From the NCBI GenBank assembly GCA_023137185.1, contig JAGLPS010000002.1, forward strand, positions 47,458-111,457: 64,000 bases of DNA, read 5' to 3'. The stretch is from Minisyncoccota bacterium (GTDB lineage: Bacteria > Patescibacteriota > Minisyncoccia > Phycocordibacterales > JAGLPS01). Positions 29,953 through 40,452 of this stretch are shown piece after piece. Both the position numbers and the translations under genes were made by a program. The number at the start of each line of letters is the position of its first letter. Positions within the stretch are counted from its first letter, which is position 1. The notes under the pieces were generated by a model. The model did no database searches and was not told the origin of the DNA. It worked only from the letters and a program-made list of their open reading frames with translations.

Positions 29953-30822
29953 TTAAAGAATTTTTTTTATAAATTTTGTAACAAGCTTGGTTAGCTTTTC
30001 CTCGTGTCCAGTAAAGTCGTGGCTACAATTTTTTAGATAATGAGTTTCAGTTTTTGCATTCTGTTGCTCCATAAGTTTTAATGCTTCATCGGGCGGAATA
30101 GCCGTATATTCATATTTATCCCCGATTGCGGCAAATATCGGCGCAGAAATTGTTTTGTACATTTCAAGTTTCCCAGTATGGAATGGTAAGGCTTTTAGTA
30201 TTTCAGCATTTGGTCCAAGAGTATTCACCAAAGACCTTGCGCTTTTAGGCATAATACCCGCATAGGCAGTGCGTTTCATAAACTCGTCACCTTTACTGGC
30301 ATCAATCAATTTTTGCGCCTCCTCTAAAAGTTTTTCAACATTTTTTCTATCAATTTCTGATGGCTGATAGTTATCATTATATATATGATAACCCGGAGAA
30401 CTTGCTGGTGCCAAAAGAATTACACCGGATATTTTTTCTTTGTATTTTCCTTTTGCCATATAGTAAACGACTTTTTCTGTTCCTAAACTATGGCCGGAGA
30501 GAATGATTTTGGTGTAACCCTTTTGAATGACAAACTCCACCCACGCGTCAATATCAAGCAAACAGTCTTCAAACATTTCAACCGCCGCTCCTTTTTCGGC
30601 CCACGCGTCATATACGCCAGTTCCTCGATTGTTTGTTGAGAGCATTGAGATTTCTTCTTCAACAAACTCTTTTGTCATATACTCAATAAAATCTTCCTCA
30701 TAGAAATTACTTGCGGTTCCGTGAATATTGATAAAAACGGCTTTTGGATTCTTTGCCTCGACAAAAAGACTATGAAGCAAAAAGCCATCTTTCGTTTCAA
30801 CTTGTGTTATTGGGTATTTCAT
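29953..30822 (-). CDS. Alpha/beta hydrolase (DUF1749-like)
   Basis: IHG, nucleophile elbow GHSLG, C-terminal HDF. Confidence 0.88.
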   Translation of the reverse strand: MKYPITQVETKDGFLLHSLFVEAKNPKAVFINIHGTASNFYEEDFIEYMTKEFVEEEISMLSTNNRGTGVYDAWAEKGAAVEMFEDCLLDIDAWVEFVIQKGYTKIILSGHSLGTEKVVYYMAKGKYKEKISGVILLAPASSPGYHIYNDNYQPSEIDRKNVEKLLEEAQKLIDASKGDEFMKRTAYAGIMPKSARSLVNTLGPNAEILKALPFHTGKLEMYKTISAPIFAAIGDKYEYTAIPPDEALKLMEQQNAKTETHYLKNCSHDFTGHEEKLTKLVTKFIKKIL

Positions 30823-31057
30823 ATGTTATTAAAAAATAGATTCTGCAGTATTTGTGGATTTCTCTGCGAAATGTACAAATTGGCGGTACCTTTTGGTTGA
30901 AATCCGAACCTTTTTTGAACAGAACTTCGATTAGCCACGCGCAGAGTGCCTGGTGACTCTGAACGAAATCTTACGCTCCAATTCTAATTGCGCAAGGGCA
31001 AAAATTCCTTCCTCCAGACACCTTTCCTTTTTGCCATAATATGTTTTAAGAACGAGG

Positions 31058-32797
31058 TTATTCTATCTGTTTTCCGATATCTTTAATTTCTTTTTTTATA
31101 AAACTCTCTGCATCATCCAGGTCTTTTTTTAGATGCTTTATAACCTTTTCCTCCACCTTTGTGAGTTCTCTTTTGAACTTCGTTTTATCTAAAAATTCAA
31201 TTTGTTTCTGTATATCTTCTTTTAATAAATCAAATGCTTTACGCAAACTATCTTCGGCCTCTTTCACCTCTTTTTTTAATTTCTTTTTAAGCGCAGAGAA
31301 TCTATGCCAACCGAGCCAAACAAGCGAAAGCAAGGTAAATATTATTATAATCAACAAAATTATCAAAGATAGATAGCTCGTCAAAAGAGAAATAATAGTA
31401 TCTAAAAATCTGGACTTAACTGCAATAACATATTCATTAGTAAGATGACTTTTGGCGCCTCTAGAATCTGTTACTTCAGCCCAAATTCTGTAAACACCTC
31501 TATCTAGCACTTCTTTAGCAACAAACTCAAATTTACCTTCGTTGTTGCTTGAAATATCTTGAGCGATAGCTTCTTCCCCTTTTTTCTTTAACCAAATAGT
31601 TACGGTTGCATCAGGATAAGTTTCTCCCTTAATTATTAAAATATCTCCTTGTATCAATTTTGTTGGGCACTCTGTAATTTTAGGCGTTTTAATTGCAAGA
31701 ACAGTAAACTCTTCAGTTGCAGTTGTGTAATTACCAGCTTTATCATAGGCCTGCACGATAATACTCCGCTTGCCGAACGATTGTATCGGGAGAGTATATA
31801 AATTAGATGTCACTAATTGGCTCGCGATGAAATAGTCTCCTTCGCCTATTTTGACTTTGTAATGGTCAATGCCCGACATCAAATCAATTGTCTTGAATAG
31901 AACTTCTGGCTGCGGATTGTCGTCTTCTTTTCCGCCAGGAAATTTGATATCAAATGCTTTTGGCGGCTGTGTATCAATCAACACCTTGCGATGCGTAATG
32001 CCTCCCCAACCATATTTATTTTTGAAACAGACATGGAAATAATAAGTCCCGTCTAGCATCTCATCAATTTTCTTTTCAGAAATTACCGGCGTATACAGTA
32101 CGGTAGGAGTAGCAATAGGCAATTTTCCAATCAGCAATTTAACTGCCGTCACATCGCTAGGTACGTCCCAAGAAAACTCGGGGGTATTGTTCGGGTACCA
32201 TTTATTGGCATCCGAGTGGGTAGATGAAATAATATCTGGTGCTGTCGGCGCGCCACCTATTACAGTAGGTGTCGTCGCTTTGGGAGCTGTTTGTCCAGTA
32301 ACAGATGGATTCAAATCAAACTGCGCGCTAGACATAACAGATAAAATATTTGTTCCTTGTCCATCATTAGCCAATACCGAACCCGAATTAAAAGCCAAAG
32401 AAACATTACCTGCTGACTTCGCTTTAAAATTTATAGTAAGAATTTTACCTGTTTGCCCGATAAAACCGGGGTTTAGAACGATTCCCTCAAAAGTTATATT
32501 GCCTGCAATATTAGAAAAAGTTGGCTCTTGCACCCAAAGCGAGAAAATAGAATTGGCTTTAGAGACAGATGTCACTTGTAATTTATCCGAAGAAAAAAAT
32601 ACCACTCCAGAAGCCGCATTCATTGCTTGATCAGAACTAGAGACATAAACATTTACAGAAAATGTTTGTCCGACGAGGTGCGAGCCAGAAGAAGGAGAAA
32701 AATACAAAGAAGCGGCGTTTGCCTTACCGAAAATGCAAAATGTGAAAATTAAAATACTAAAAAAGAATATAAAATTTAATATTTTTTTCTTCTCCAT
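31058..32797 (-). CDS. Membrane-anchored cohesin-domain protein with Ig-like domains and a C-terminal coiled coil
   Basis: Signal peptide, ASLYFSPSSG...VLANDGQGT cohesin-like pattern, DTQPP and AYDKAGN, C-terminal TM. Confidence 0.75.
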   Translation of the reverse strand: MEKKKILNFIFFFSILIFTFCIFGKANAASLYFSPSSGSHLVGQTFSVNVYVSSSDQAMNAASGVVFFSSDKLQVTSVSKANSIFSLWVQEPTFSNIAGNITFEGIVLNPGFIGQTGKILTINFKAKSAGNVSLAFNSGSVLANDGQGTNILSVMSSAQFDLNPSVTGQTAPKATTPTVIGGAPTAPDIISSTHSDANKWYPNNTPEFSWDVPSDVTAVKLLIGKLPIATPTVLYTPVISEKKIDEMLDGTYYFHVCFKNKYGWGGITHRKVLIDTQPPKAFDIKFPGGKEDDNPQPEVLFKTIDLMSGIDHYKVKIGEGDYFIASQLVTSNLYTLPIQSFGKRSIIVQAYDKAGNYTTATEEFTVLAIKTPKITECPTKLIQGDILIIKGETYPDATVTIWLKKKGEEAIAQDISSNNEGKFEFVAKEVLDRGVYRIWAEVTDSRGAKSHLTNEYVIAVKSRFLDTIISLLTSYLSLIILLIIIIFTLLSLVWLGWHRFSALKKKLKKEVKEAEDSLRKAFDLLKEDIQKQIEFLDKTKFKRELTKVEEKVIKHLKKDLDDAESFIKKEIKDIGKQIE

Positions 32798-33459
32798 AGT
32801 ATATAAATAAAAAGAAGTCCTGATATAATTATTATACCGTAAATAAATCCAATAGTCTTATCTGATACTGCTTCTCCCGAAATATCCACAGAAAAAGGTA
32901 TTAGGGAAACATCAGTTTCAGTACCCTTGCCGTCATTAAGCAACGCCCGCGTATTTTCCAAAATAATAGAACCATCACCGACACTCTTCGCTTTAAAAAC
33001 AAGAGTCAAAATTTTTCCAGATTCAATTTCTTTCTGAAAAGGATCTCTTACACCATCAAACCCGCCGGGGATTATCCCTGCAAAAATAATTTCTCCTGCT
33101 TTTTCCAATGACGGATCTTCAATCCACAAATTAATAACAGAATCCGTGTAACGAATATCAACCAAACTTAACTTATCTTTTGAAAAAATTACTCTTCCTT
33201 CAATTGCGTTTATCCGTTCTCCTTCTGTATCAAGCATAAGAAATACTTCCGCTTCGCCGTTTGTTTTTATATTTATGTGAGGCGGCGAAAAGTAGAAGAT
33301 AGCCGCATCGACAACTTGGGTCATAAATAATGAATCAAGAATTATGACCATACAAATAACAAATGCGAGTTTTTTCAAAAAATTCATAATTCGTGGTTTA
33401 TAATTCATAATCTGGCTAAAATTTGCAAAGCAAATTTTAGCCAGTCCAATAAAAAGCAA
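32776..33459 (-). CDS. Cohesin-domain membrane protein (start uncertain)
   Basis: INAIEG...LWIEDP...GIIPGGF...ALLNDGKGT, similar to the N-terminus of the adjacent gene; C-terminal TM. Confidence 0.72.
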   Translation of the reverse strand: MLFIGLAKICFANFSQIMNYKPRIMNFLKKLAFVICMVIILDSLFMTQVVDAAIFYFSPPHINIKTNGEAEVFLMLDTEGERINAIEGRVIFSKDKLSLVDIRYTDSVINLWIEDPSLEKAGEIIFAGIIPGGFDGVRDPFQKEIESGKILTLVFKAKSVGDGSIILENTRALLNDGKGTETDVSLIPFSVDISGEAVSDKTIGFIYGIIIISGLLFIYILWRRKKY

Positions 33460-34840
33460 GAATGCTAAAATCTATCAGATCAACTTTGCCGTCGTTGTTT
33501 AAATCAACAGAAGCCAGCGGCGACGGTCTTTTATACCAATAAGCGACAATCGAAAAATCAACCAAATTTACTCTTTTATCGCTATTCGTATCTCCTTTGG
33601 CTGGAGAGACTGTCTTTTCTGGAAGCTCTGCCAGAATATTTCTATCTCCAACTTTAAAAGCAATAACTTTTGAAAAAGTCGTTATGTCATTATTTTTAGC
33701 TGCTTTAGCACGCGTACTGTGGTCACCGTACTCAATTTCTGATGTATCAAATTTGTAGAGCCATACACCTGATTCATCGGCAGTGATTCTTTTTACCAAT
33801 TCTTCGTTCGAATTTATAAAAACAGTAATATCAGCTTCTGGAACGCTTTGTCCAAGAATATTTAAATTATCTCCTCGTTTTACTTCCGTTTTTTCAACAA
33901 AAATTGTTGGAGGGATAAAAATACCACTAATAACGGTTGTTACACCACTTGTAACACTAATAGTAAATGTGTGAGTAATAGAACGATTTCCTTTTGAATT
34001 TTCGGCCCAAACACCAAAAGTATGAGTACCTGACGAAAGCCCAGAAAGCTGTATTTCAAAATTAGCATCAAGTCCGGCTTTGGTCGTCGCAGCAACTTGA
34101 GCGTTTCTCAAAATAGTAATATCGCTATCCGGATAAGCCCTACCTTTGAAAGTCACTTTTGTCACTGAAGTTATAATTCCGCCACCACCACCGCCACCAC
34201 CACAACTGCCACAGTCAGCGGAACATGTACTACAAGTTTCATTTCCGTTACAGCTTCCATCTCCACAACTTGCCGCAGGCGTAGGCGCATCGCCTATCAA
34301 AGAAAAAAAACTGAATTGTTGGGTTGTGGCAATAACAGTATTTAGTCCTGTATCAACAGCGTTATTGTCTAAACTAACCCAACTAGAACCATTCCAGCGG
34401 TGTGCCACCAATGTGCTTTCATCAATCCCACTAATGTCAGAATCTGTGTAATGAAAAGTTAAAGTTATAGGCTTATCAAACGAAGTAACAGAGCTAGAAT
34501 CGCTTGTTTTAGTAAACGATAAATCATAAAAAGTATTAGCAGCCAATTTGCCACTAGACAAAGGCCGGCTAGCAACAACCGCAACTTCATCAGTTGATTC
34601 CATTTGCATTCTTATTTCGTTACCAGTACTGAGAGAATCTTCTGGAAAGCTTATATCAAAACTTGTGTCGTTAGAATTTTCTAAGCTTTCGGAAAAGGAG
34701 TTTGAGGAATCAAAATCATGAGACTCTTCTGCATAAAGAACAGTGACATTTAAAACTGCTTCTCCTGAAAATAAAGGAGCCGGATAAACAAATAGTGTTA
34801 AAACAATACCCAAAACGCAAAAAACTTGAAAACCTTTCAT
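33437..34840 (-). CDS. Secreted protein with a Cys-rich motif and C-terminal dockerin-like domain
   Basis: CGDGSCNGNETCSTCSADC; duplicated Ca-binding loops GDTNSDKRVNLVDF / DLNNDGKVDLIDF. Confidence 0.8.
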   Translation of the reverse strand: MKGFQVFCVLGIVLTLFVYPAPLFSGEAVLNVTVLYAEESHDFDSSNSFSESLENSNDTSFDISFPEDSLSTGNEIRMQMESTDEVAVVASRPLSSGKLAANTFYDLSFTKTSDSSSVTSFDKPITLTFHYTDSDISGIDESTLVAHRWNGSSWVSLDNNAVDTGLNTVIATTQQFSFFSLIGDAPTPAASCGDGSCNGNETCSTCSADCGSCGGGGGGGGIITSVTKVTFKGRAYPDSDITILRNAQVAATTKAGLDANFEIQLSGLSSGTHTFGVWAENSKGNRSITHTFTISVTSGVTTVISGIFIPPTIFVEKTEVKRGDNLNILGQSVPEADITVFINSNEELVKRITADESGVWLYKFDTSEIEYGDHSTRAKAAKNNDITTFSKVIAFKVGDRNILAELPEKTVSPAKGDTNSDKRVNLVDFSIVAYWYKRPSPLASVDLNNDGKVDLIDFSILAFYWTG

Positions 34841-34848
34841 CCATTCTT

Positions 34849-35769
34849 TTACTTATTTATTGATATAGATATATTAAGTTTTTTCTTAAGAAATTTCAAA
34901 ACAAAGAAGAGGACAACAACACAAAGAATAAAACTTACCAAATACCAAAGTGGAAAAGCATAAAAAGTAACGGCTGTCGCAGTCAAAACATTGCCTTCAC
35001 CGTCCTTAATGTTTATTTCCGCTTTATAACGGCCCAAAAGCAAACTGGCAGTCTGCCAACTAGCGAATAAAGTGCGGACTCCGCCAGGAAGAACAATTTG
35101 CCCAGAAATTGGTATATTTGCTACTTCCTTACCAAAAATATTGGTAATTCTTATTGTTCCCTTTGGCTCAAAATGAACCGTACCTGTATTTTCAAAATCA
35201 ACATTAAAATTAACAGGTCCCTTTTGAACAAATTTTTCTGACGAAAAACCAAGCAAATCACCTTTTTGCAAATGACTACCAGGGATTGTTACAAAAATAA
35301 GCATTCCAAGTTCAGTGCCTATTTTTAACTGTCCTTCCTCAACTATTTTATTTGCTTTAAATAAAGCCACACCAAAATGACCGCCGGGCTCGGCGTTGTT
35401 GGGCGCGTTTATAGTATAGGTAACTTGTTTGCTTCCGTTTTCCGGAAGGATAAAAGTATAACCAGGATCAAGTGTTACCCAGTCTTTTACTGTTGTTACG
35501 CCTTCAGCTCGCTCTATAATCTGGATAGTTACGGTACCTTTTAACGGCACAAAGTCTTTTATGTTTACTTCAACCTTGACTGGCTCGTCACTACGATTGA
35601 TAACCTGGATTTTCCCAGAAACAGAATCACCGGGATTTATGGTGTGGGAAACCTTAACTGGCTCAATAGTCAGACCAACAGAAGCATCAACATGAAATAC
35701 ACTTAATCCAAAACAAACAAACAGTAAACCAAACACTGCCAAAAACTTAATTGGATAATCTAGTTTCAT
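34849..35769 (-). CDS. DUF916 / WxL-interacting-like membrane protein
   Basis: Signal peptide, P..AEPGGHFG and FENTGTVHFEPKG patterns, C-terminal TM. Confidence 0.65.
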   Translation of the reverse strand: MKLDYPIKFLAVFGLLFVCFGLSVFHVDASVGLTIEPVKVSHTINPGDSVSGKIQVINRSDEPVKVEVNIKDFVPLKGTVTIQIIERAEGVTTVKDWVTLDPGYTFILPENGSKQVTYTINAPNNAEPGGHFGVALFKANKIVEEGQLKIGTELGMLIFVTIPGSHLQKGDLLGFSSEKFVQKGPVNFNVDFENTGTVHFEPKGTIRITNIFGKEVANIPISGQIVLPGGVRTLFASWQTASLLLGRYKAEINIKDGEGNVLTATAVTFYAFPLWYLVSFILCVVVLFFVLKFLKKKLNISISINK

Positions 35770-35809
35770 TGAACTTTATAACTAAAGCAATCTGCAAAAC
35801 ACAATCTGG

Positions 35810-36517
35810 TTATGGGTTTACAACCGTTGTATAAGTTAAATCACCGGCATAATCACCACCCTGTTGAGTAGAGGCTACCTCCAAGTGATACAAAACAGTA
35901 TTAAGGTGGTCACTGGCGCTATAAGAACCAGTGCCCGCATTTCCGATCTGAGTAACATCGGTAGTACTAGCAATACCTGCCCACAAGCAATTAGCGTTAT
36001 CAGCATAAGAATCCTCCGTACCCCACCAAGTAGTTGCGAGAAAAGGTGTGCCATTTGTACTAGAAGCGCTCATTACTCTAAAAGCAAGAACATCACCACT
36101 ATTATCAAAAGAACCAATCTGCACAGCAGTTCCGGCAGAAGTTGTAGCAGCGCCTGCCGTCCATTGCGTCTGGTCGGTAATACCAACCGCAGCGTCACTG
36201 TCATTGTCCATCACTGTATTGCCAGTGGCCTGGTCATCTCCATAAAGCGTAACGTTCCACCCGGAAGTGTTATTGGTATTAACATTCAGTGTGCTTGTGG
36301 CAAAAACCACAGCACCTCCAGCAGTAATAGACGGGAAAGTATCAGTAGAAACGGTGGCGCTAATAGTTGATGATACAGTTGCGGTCAAACTGGCTCCGTC
36401 AGTTTCAGCGAAAGCAACATAGGCAATATAGAAACTGGAAAAGATAAGACTTATAATAAGCACTGACGACAACAGTAAATTCAAGTCTTCTTTTGTTGTT
36501 TTTGAATAAGTTAGCAT
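35810..36517 (-). CDS. Secreted Ser/Thr/Ala-rich WxL-like surface protein
   Basis: NTNNTSGWNVT...GDYAGDLTYT pattern; paralog of the C-terminus of 36720..37961. Confidence 0.6.
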   Translation of the reverse strand: MLTYSKTTKEDLNLLLSSVLIISLIFSSFYIAYVAFAETDGASLTATVSSTISATVSTDTFPSITAGGAVVFATSTLNVNTNNTSGWNVTLYGDDQATGNTVMDNDSDAAVGITDQTQWTAGAATTSAGTAVQIGSFDNSGDVLAFRVMSASSTNGTPFLATTWWGTEDSYADNANCLWAGIASTTDVTQIGNAGTGSYSASDHLNTVLYHLEVASTQQGGDYAGDLTYTTVVNP

Positions 36518-36719
36518 ATTGTTAAATTGTTAAACTAAAAATAAATTCCCCAACCGAATTTGGGTTCAAAAATTGTATTAAATTTTCCAATAAATTTAGT
36601 GGTGTGTATGTGATTAAACATAGATAAAATCTAACTACGCAAAGTTAAAATTATACTATTATTTTATAATTATAATAAAATTATTTAAAAGTTGCAAAAG
36701 ATATCCACAAGTATCGATA

Positions 36720-37961
36720 TCAGGGGTTAATAATAGTAGTAAAAGTAATATCGCCCGAATAAGACCCTGATTGTTGGGTTGTTGGGACTTTTAAATAATA
36801 ATTAACTGTGTTTAGCGCGCTTCCTCCGCCAGAATCATCACTGGAATTACCAATCTGAGTAACATTGGTTGAACTAGCAACCCCAGCCCATAAAGTATTG
36901 GCATTATCAGCGTAATCATCCACGCTGCCCCACCAATCTGACGCAAGAAAAGAAGCAGTGCCACTTGCTGTCATTACACGAAAAGCAAGAACATCATTAC
37001 TGTTATCTAAAGAAGATATACGCACAGCATTTCCGGCAGACGATGTAGCTGCGCCGGCAGTCCATTCTAACTGATCAGTAATTCCTACAGAAGCGTTTGT
37101 AGTTAAATCCATTACAGTATTAGAGGGTCCTTGGTCGTTTCCGTAAATAGTCACATTCCATCCACTGGCAGAGTTTGTGTTCACATCTATAGTGCTGGTA
37201 GCGAAAACGGCAACCCCCGGAGTAACAATCGGAAAAGTATCAGTAGAAACAACCGCAGTAAGGGTTTCAGCTGGGGGGCTATAGTGCACGGTTATTTGTA
37301 TTTGGTCCACCCAAATATCAGCCTTAGCGCCAACTGCCATAGCCGCAAAAACCAACCCAAATCCACTGCTTTCTATTTCAGCTTCTGTCCATGTTGTGTT
37401 CCATTTCTCGTCAACCCCGCCATAAGTTGCAGCAGTAACAGAAGCTGGCCAGACAGTTGTTGTGTCTGCATTATCATCACTGCCAGCAACTGGTGTTCCA
37501 GCGCTTTTTGTTAGCTGAAGATGGTAATCTTTTCCATCGGCTCCACCTAAACTTCTTCTCGAAATTGATACTACAATTCCGTCAATGGTTGAATTAGTTG
37601 GAAGGTCAAAACCAAAATTAGAAAGGACTATCGTATAGCTTTTATTGCCGTCATCAAAACTGGGAGACGTAATATAAATTTCACTGCCATCCGCTGATAG
37701 CAAATCTGCTTGAACATCCGCACCCTCAAAAGCCCAAGCGATATCATCGCAATCAGCATAACCCCCGCCGTCTTTTGTGGACGCAGCAGTCCCCGCAGTC
37801 TTAGCCTGAGTCTCAGCAAAAACTCGTTCAGTTTTTGGTGGAATTGACGGATTCTTCCAAATCTGCGGCCACCCGGAAAAAATCCAGGCAAGAATCAAAA
37901 TAAAAACTAATAAAAATTTTCCAGATTTTCCAAACATTACTTTTATTATACAAAAAAACAC
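36720..37961 (-). CDS. Larger secreted protein with a WxL-like C-terminal domain
   Basis: N-terminal TM; C-terminal about 185 aa closely similar to 35810..36517 (VSTDTFP, VLAFRVM, GSYSGDITFT). Confidence 0.65.
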   Translation of the reverse strand: MFFCIIKVMFGKSGKFLLVFILILAWIFSGWPQIWKNPSIPPKTERVFAETQAKTAGTAASTKDGGGYADCDDIAWAFEGADVQADLLSADGSEIYITSPSFDDGNKSYTIVLSNFGFDLPTNSTIDGIVVSISRRSLGGADGKDYHLQLTKSAGTPVAGSDDNADTTTVWPASVTAATYGGVDEKWNTTWTEAEIESSGFGLVFAAMAVGAKADIWVDQIQITVHYSPPAETLTAVVSTDTFPIVTPGVAVFATSTIDVNTNSASGWNVTIYGNDQGPSNTVMDLTTNASVGITDQLEWTAGAATSSAGNAVRISSLDNSNDVLAFRVMTASGTASFLASDWWGSVDDYADNANTLWAGVASSTNVTQIGNSSDDSGGGSALNTVNYYLKVPTTQQSGSYSGDITFTTIINP

Positions 37962-38219
37962 CGAAACGAAAAACTAAAAAACTTGTAAATTGCCTACAAA
38001 TTGCTAACTAGCTCATTCTTTACTCTATGAGCTACGACGGTTAGATATTTTGGTAAGTTTTACAACAATCTCACATTCTTAAGAATGTGAGATTGTTGTA
38101 TTAAAATCCTCGAGCGTGCACTTGTTGTGGACTTGAAAAACCTCGGTGTAGCGCGCAAATGGCATTCGGTGTCGCTTTGCGACGCTCCACATCTCGCCGT
38201 TTCGGGCGAAAGTGCAACT

Positions 38220-38455
38220 TGGCGGAGGAGGTGGGATTCGGTCACAAATAATTTTCTGCTGAAAATTTTCGCGACTCTTACAGAGTCTGTACACCTTTTG
38301 GACAATTCAGAAATTGTCTCAAAAGGTCTTGCGAAATGCTCCCAGCATTTCTCACCCGACTCGGCGCCGTCGCGCCTCCGTCTTTCGAATCCCTCTCTCA
38401 CAACCAAAGCTGCTAATTTTTGATACCTATATAAACGGTATCAAAATTATCAGTG
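38220..38455 (-). repeat. tRNA-Ser 3'-end duplication unit
   Basis: cggaggaggtgggattcg at 38223 repeats 38456; inverted T-arm copy ttcgaatccc near 38385. Confidence 0.75.
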
Positions 38456-38542
38456 CGGAGGAGGTGGGATTCGAACCCACGAGGGGATTTCTCCCCTAAC
38501 GCCTTAGCAGAGCGCCACTTTCGACCACTCAGTCACTCCTCC
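38456..38542 (-). tRNA. tRNA-Ser(GCU)
   Basis: Cloverleaf with long variable arm; anticodon loop CTGCTAA. Confidence 0.95.
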
Positions 38543-38619
38543 TTGTGGTGAAACTTTATCATATTTACTCCCTTTTTCCCATTACTTTTACATATTTTTT
38601 CTAAAAACTAAAAGCTATT

Positions 38620-39279
38620 TCAATGCGCGATGGTATACGCGATTACCTTTCGCGCTCCTGCCTTTTTAAGTGTTTTCGTTGCTTCTTTCAATGTGCTGCC
38701 GGTGGTAACAATGTCATCTATAAGGATTATATTTCTTCCTTTGATTCGTGACGCGGTTTTTACTCCAAAAGAACCCACAGGATTTTTAATACGCTCGCTT
38801 TTGTTTTTTGTTTTTGTTTGGGGGATTGTATTTTTTGTTTTTATTAAAATATGTTTTTGATATTCAAAAATTTTGTTGATGTCGAAAATCATAATCGACT
38901 CTGCCAGAATTTCCGTCTGGTTAAAGCCGCGCTCTTTTTTGTGTTTGTTTGATGAGGGTATCGGAATAAGCAGGGGAGAAGAGAAATTTTGAAAAGAAAG
39001 AATGTCTTCTACATCGTCTAGAATAATCGTATAAAGAATCTCTCCAAATTTCTTCGCAATTTTTTTATTCCCCCTGTACTTCACTTCTCGGATAGCCTCT
39101 CGCGCTAATGGGTCCGTGTATCTAAAGACCGTTTTACACTGGGGAAGCTCGGTAAAACAGCGCTCCATTTTTTCGAGATACTCTTCCGCTGTCATTTTCT
39201 CAATTTTTTGTATAGATGCGGGTTGGGGAAACGTATAGTCAAGAAAAATTTCTCCTAATTTCTTCACAAAAATAAACAT
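38620..39279 (-). CDS. comF: ComF-family phosphoribosyltransferase-fold competence protein
   Basis: PIP...RGFNQ and ILIDDIVTTGST motifs; divergent from the pil locus. Confidence 0.88.
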   Translation of the reverse strand: MFIFVKKLGEIFLDYTFPQPASIQKIEKMTAEEYLEKMERCFTELPQCKTVFRYTDPLAREAIREVKYRGNKKIAKKFGEILYTIILDDVEDILSFQNFSSPLLIPIPSSNKHKKERGFNQTEILAESIMIFDINKIFEYQKHILIKTKNTIPQTKTKNKSERIKNPVGSFGVKTASRIKGRNIILIDDIVTTGSTLKEATKTLKKAGARKVIAYTIAH

Positions 39280-39333
39280 ATATTCTCATTTTACAATGTT
39301 TATGAGAAACTAGTGTGATATACTGAAATCACT

Positions 39334-40452
39334 GTGACTAATTTCTTTAAAGGATTTTTTGGAGGGAAAAAGGAAAGCGTTATTGGAATTGATATCGGAA
39401 CTTCTGCTATCAAAGTTGTGCAAATCTCACGCAAGGGACAGAAGGTTGTTCTTGACACGTATGGGGCTCTTGCACTCGGACCCTACGTCGATATGGAAAT
39501 TGGGAGGGCAACGAATCTCTCTGTCGAGAAAACAGTTGAAGCGCTTGGAGATGTATTGAAAGAGGCGAATATAACAACACGACAATGCGGCATTGCGATT
39601 CCTTTTGCCTCTAGTTTAATGACCGTTATTGAAATGCCTGATGTAAGCGTCGAGCAACTGGTCGGAATGATTCCTATCGAAGCGCGAAAATATATTCCAG
39701 TTCCTATCTCCGAAGTAATGCTTGACTGGTCAGTCATTCCTTCAGATGAATATACCGCAACAGGAAAAGAAACTACGGATGTTTCAAAAACTACTGAGAC
39801 TGTAAAAAAGAAAAAAGATGTGCTTATTGTTGCGATTCACAAAGAGATGGTCGCAAAATATCAAGATATTGTAAAAAAAACGGATCTCAACGCGAGTTTT
39901 TTTGAAATTGAATTATTTAGCACTATGAGAAGCGTGCTTGAGCAGGAAAATGTTCCTGTCGGGGTTTTGGATATGGGAGCGGCATCTACTAAACTTTATG
40001 TGATTGAACGAGGAGCTGTTAGAGTTTCTCATACAGTGAATCGTGGTTCCCAGGACGTTACCCTTGCGATTTCGAAATCTCTCGGGATCCCCGTCAATCA
40101 GGCGGAAGTAATAAAGAGGGACCCTAATTTGGGCGGACACAGTGATGATAAAGGAGTATTGGAAGCAGTATCGCTAGTCACAGACCATATTTTTTCAGAA
40201 GCAAGTCGCGTCTTTTTTAGTTACCAGAAGAAACATCAGAAGAATATAAGCAAAATTATTCTTGTGGGTGGGGGTATTGCGCTCGCGGGACTCACAGACA
40301 AGGCTCGTAAAGCGCTTAAGATAGAAGTAGAAAAAGGCGACCCTTTTTCAAAAGTAGAGGCCCCCGCTTTTTTGGACGAGGTTCTTAAGAAAGTGGGTCC
40401 AGAATTTGCCGTTGCGGTTGGGGTTGCCCTCCGTCGTCTGCAAGAAGTTTGA
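39334..40452 (+). CDS. pilM: Type IV pilus assembly protein PilM
   Basis: Actin-like fold: GIDIGTSAIK, LDMGA, LVGGG, FAVAVGVALR. Confidence 0.93.
   Translation: MTNFFKGFFGGKKESVIGIDIGTSAIKVVQISRKGQKVVLDTYGALALGPYVDMEIGRATNLSVEKTVEALGDVLKEANITTRQCGIAIPFASSLMTVIEMPDVSVEQLVGMIPIEARKYIPVPISEVMLDWSVIPSDEYTATGKETTDVSKTTETVKKKKDVLIVAIHKEMVAKYQDIVKKTDLNASFFEIELFSTMRSVLEQENVPVGVLDMGAASTKLYVIERGAVRVSHTVNRGSQDVTLAISKSLGIPVNQAEVIKRDPNLGGHSDDKGVLEAVSLVTDHIFSEASRVFFSYQKKHQKNISKIILVGGGIALAGLTDKARKALKIEVEKGDPFSKVEAPAFLDEVLKKVGPEFAVAVGVALRRLQEV

Noticed and set aside
30840-31040. Possible recombinase-end or att remnant bounding the surface cluster
   Set aside because: Suggestive only; no matching repeat at the tRNA-Ser side and no ORF could be shown.
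38060-38499. ORFs overlapping the tRNA-Ser flank
   Set aside because: They are translations of the repeat unit, the palindrome tctcacattcttaagaatgtgaga and the tRNA.
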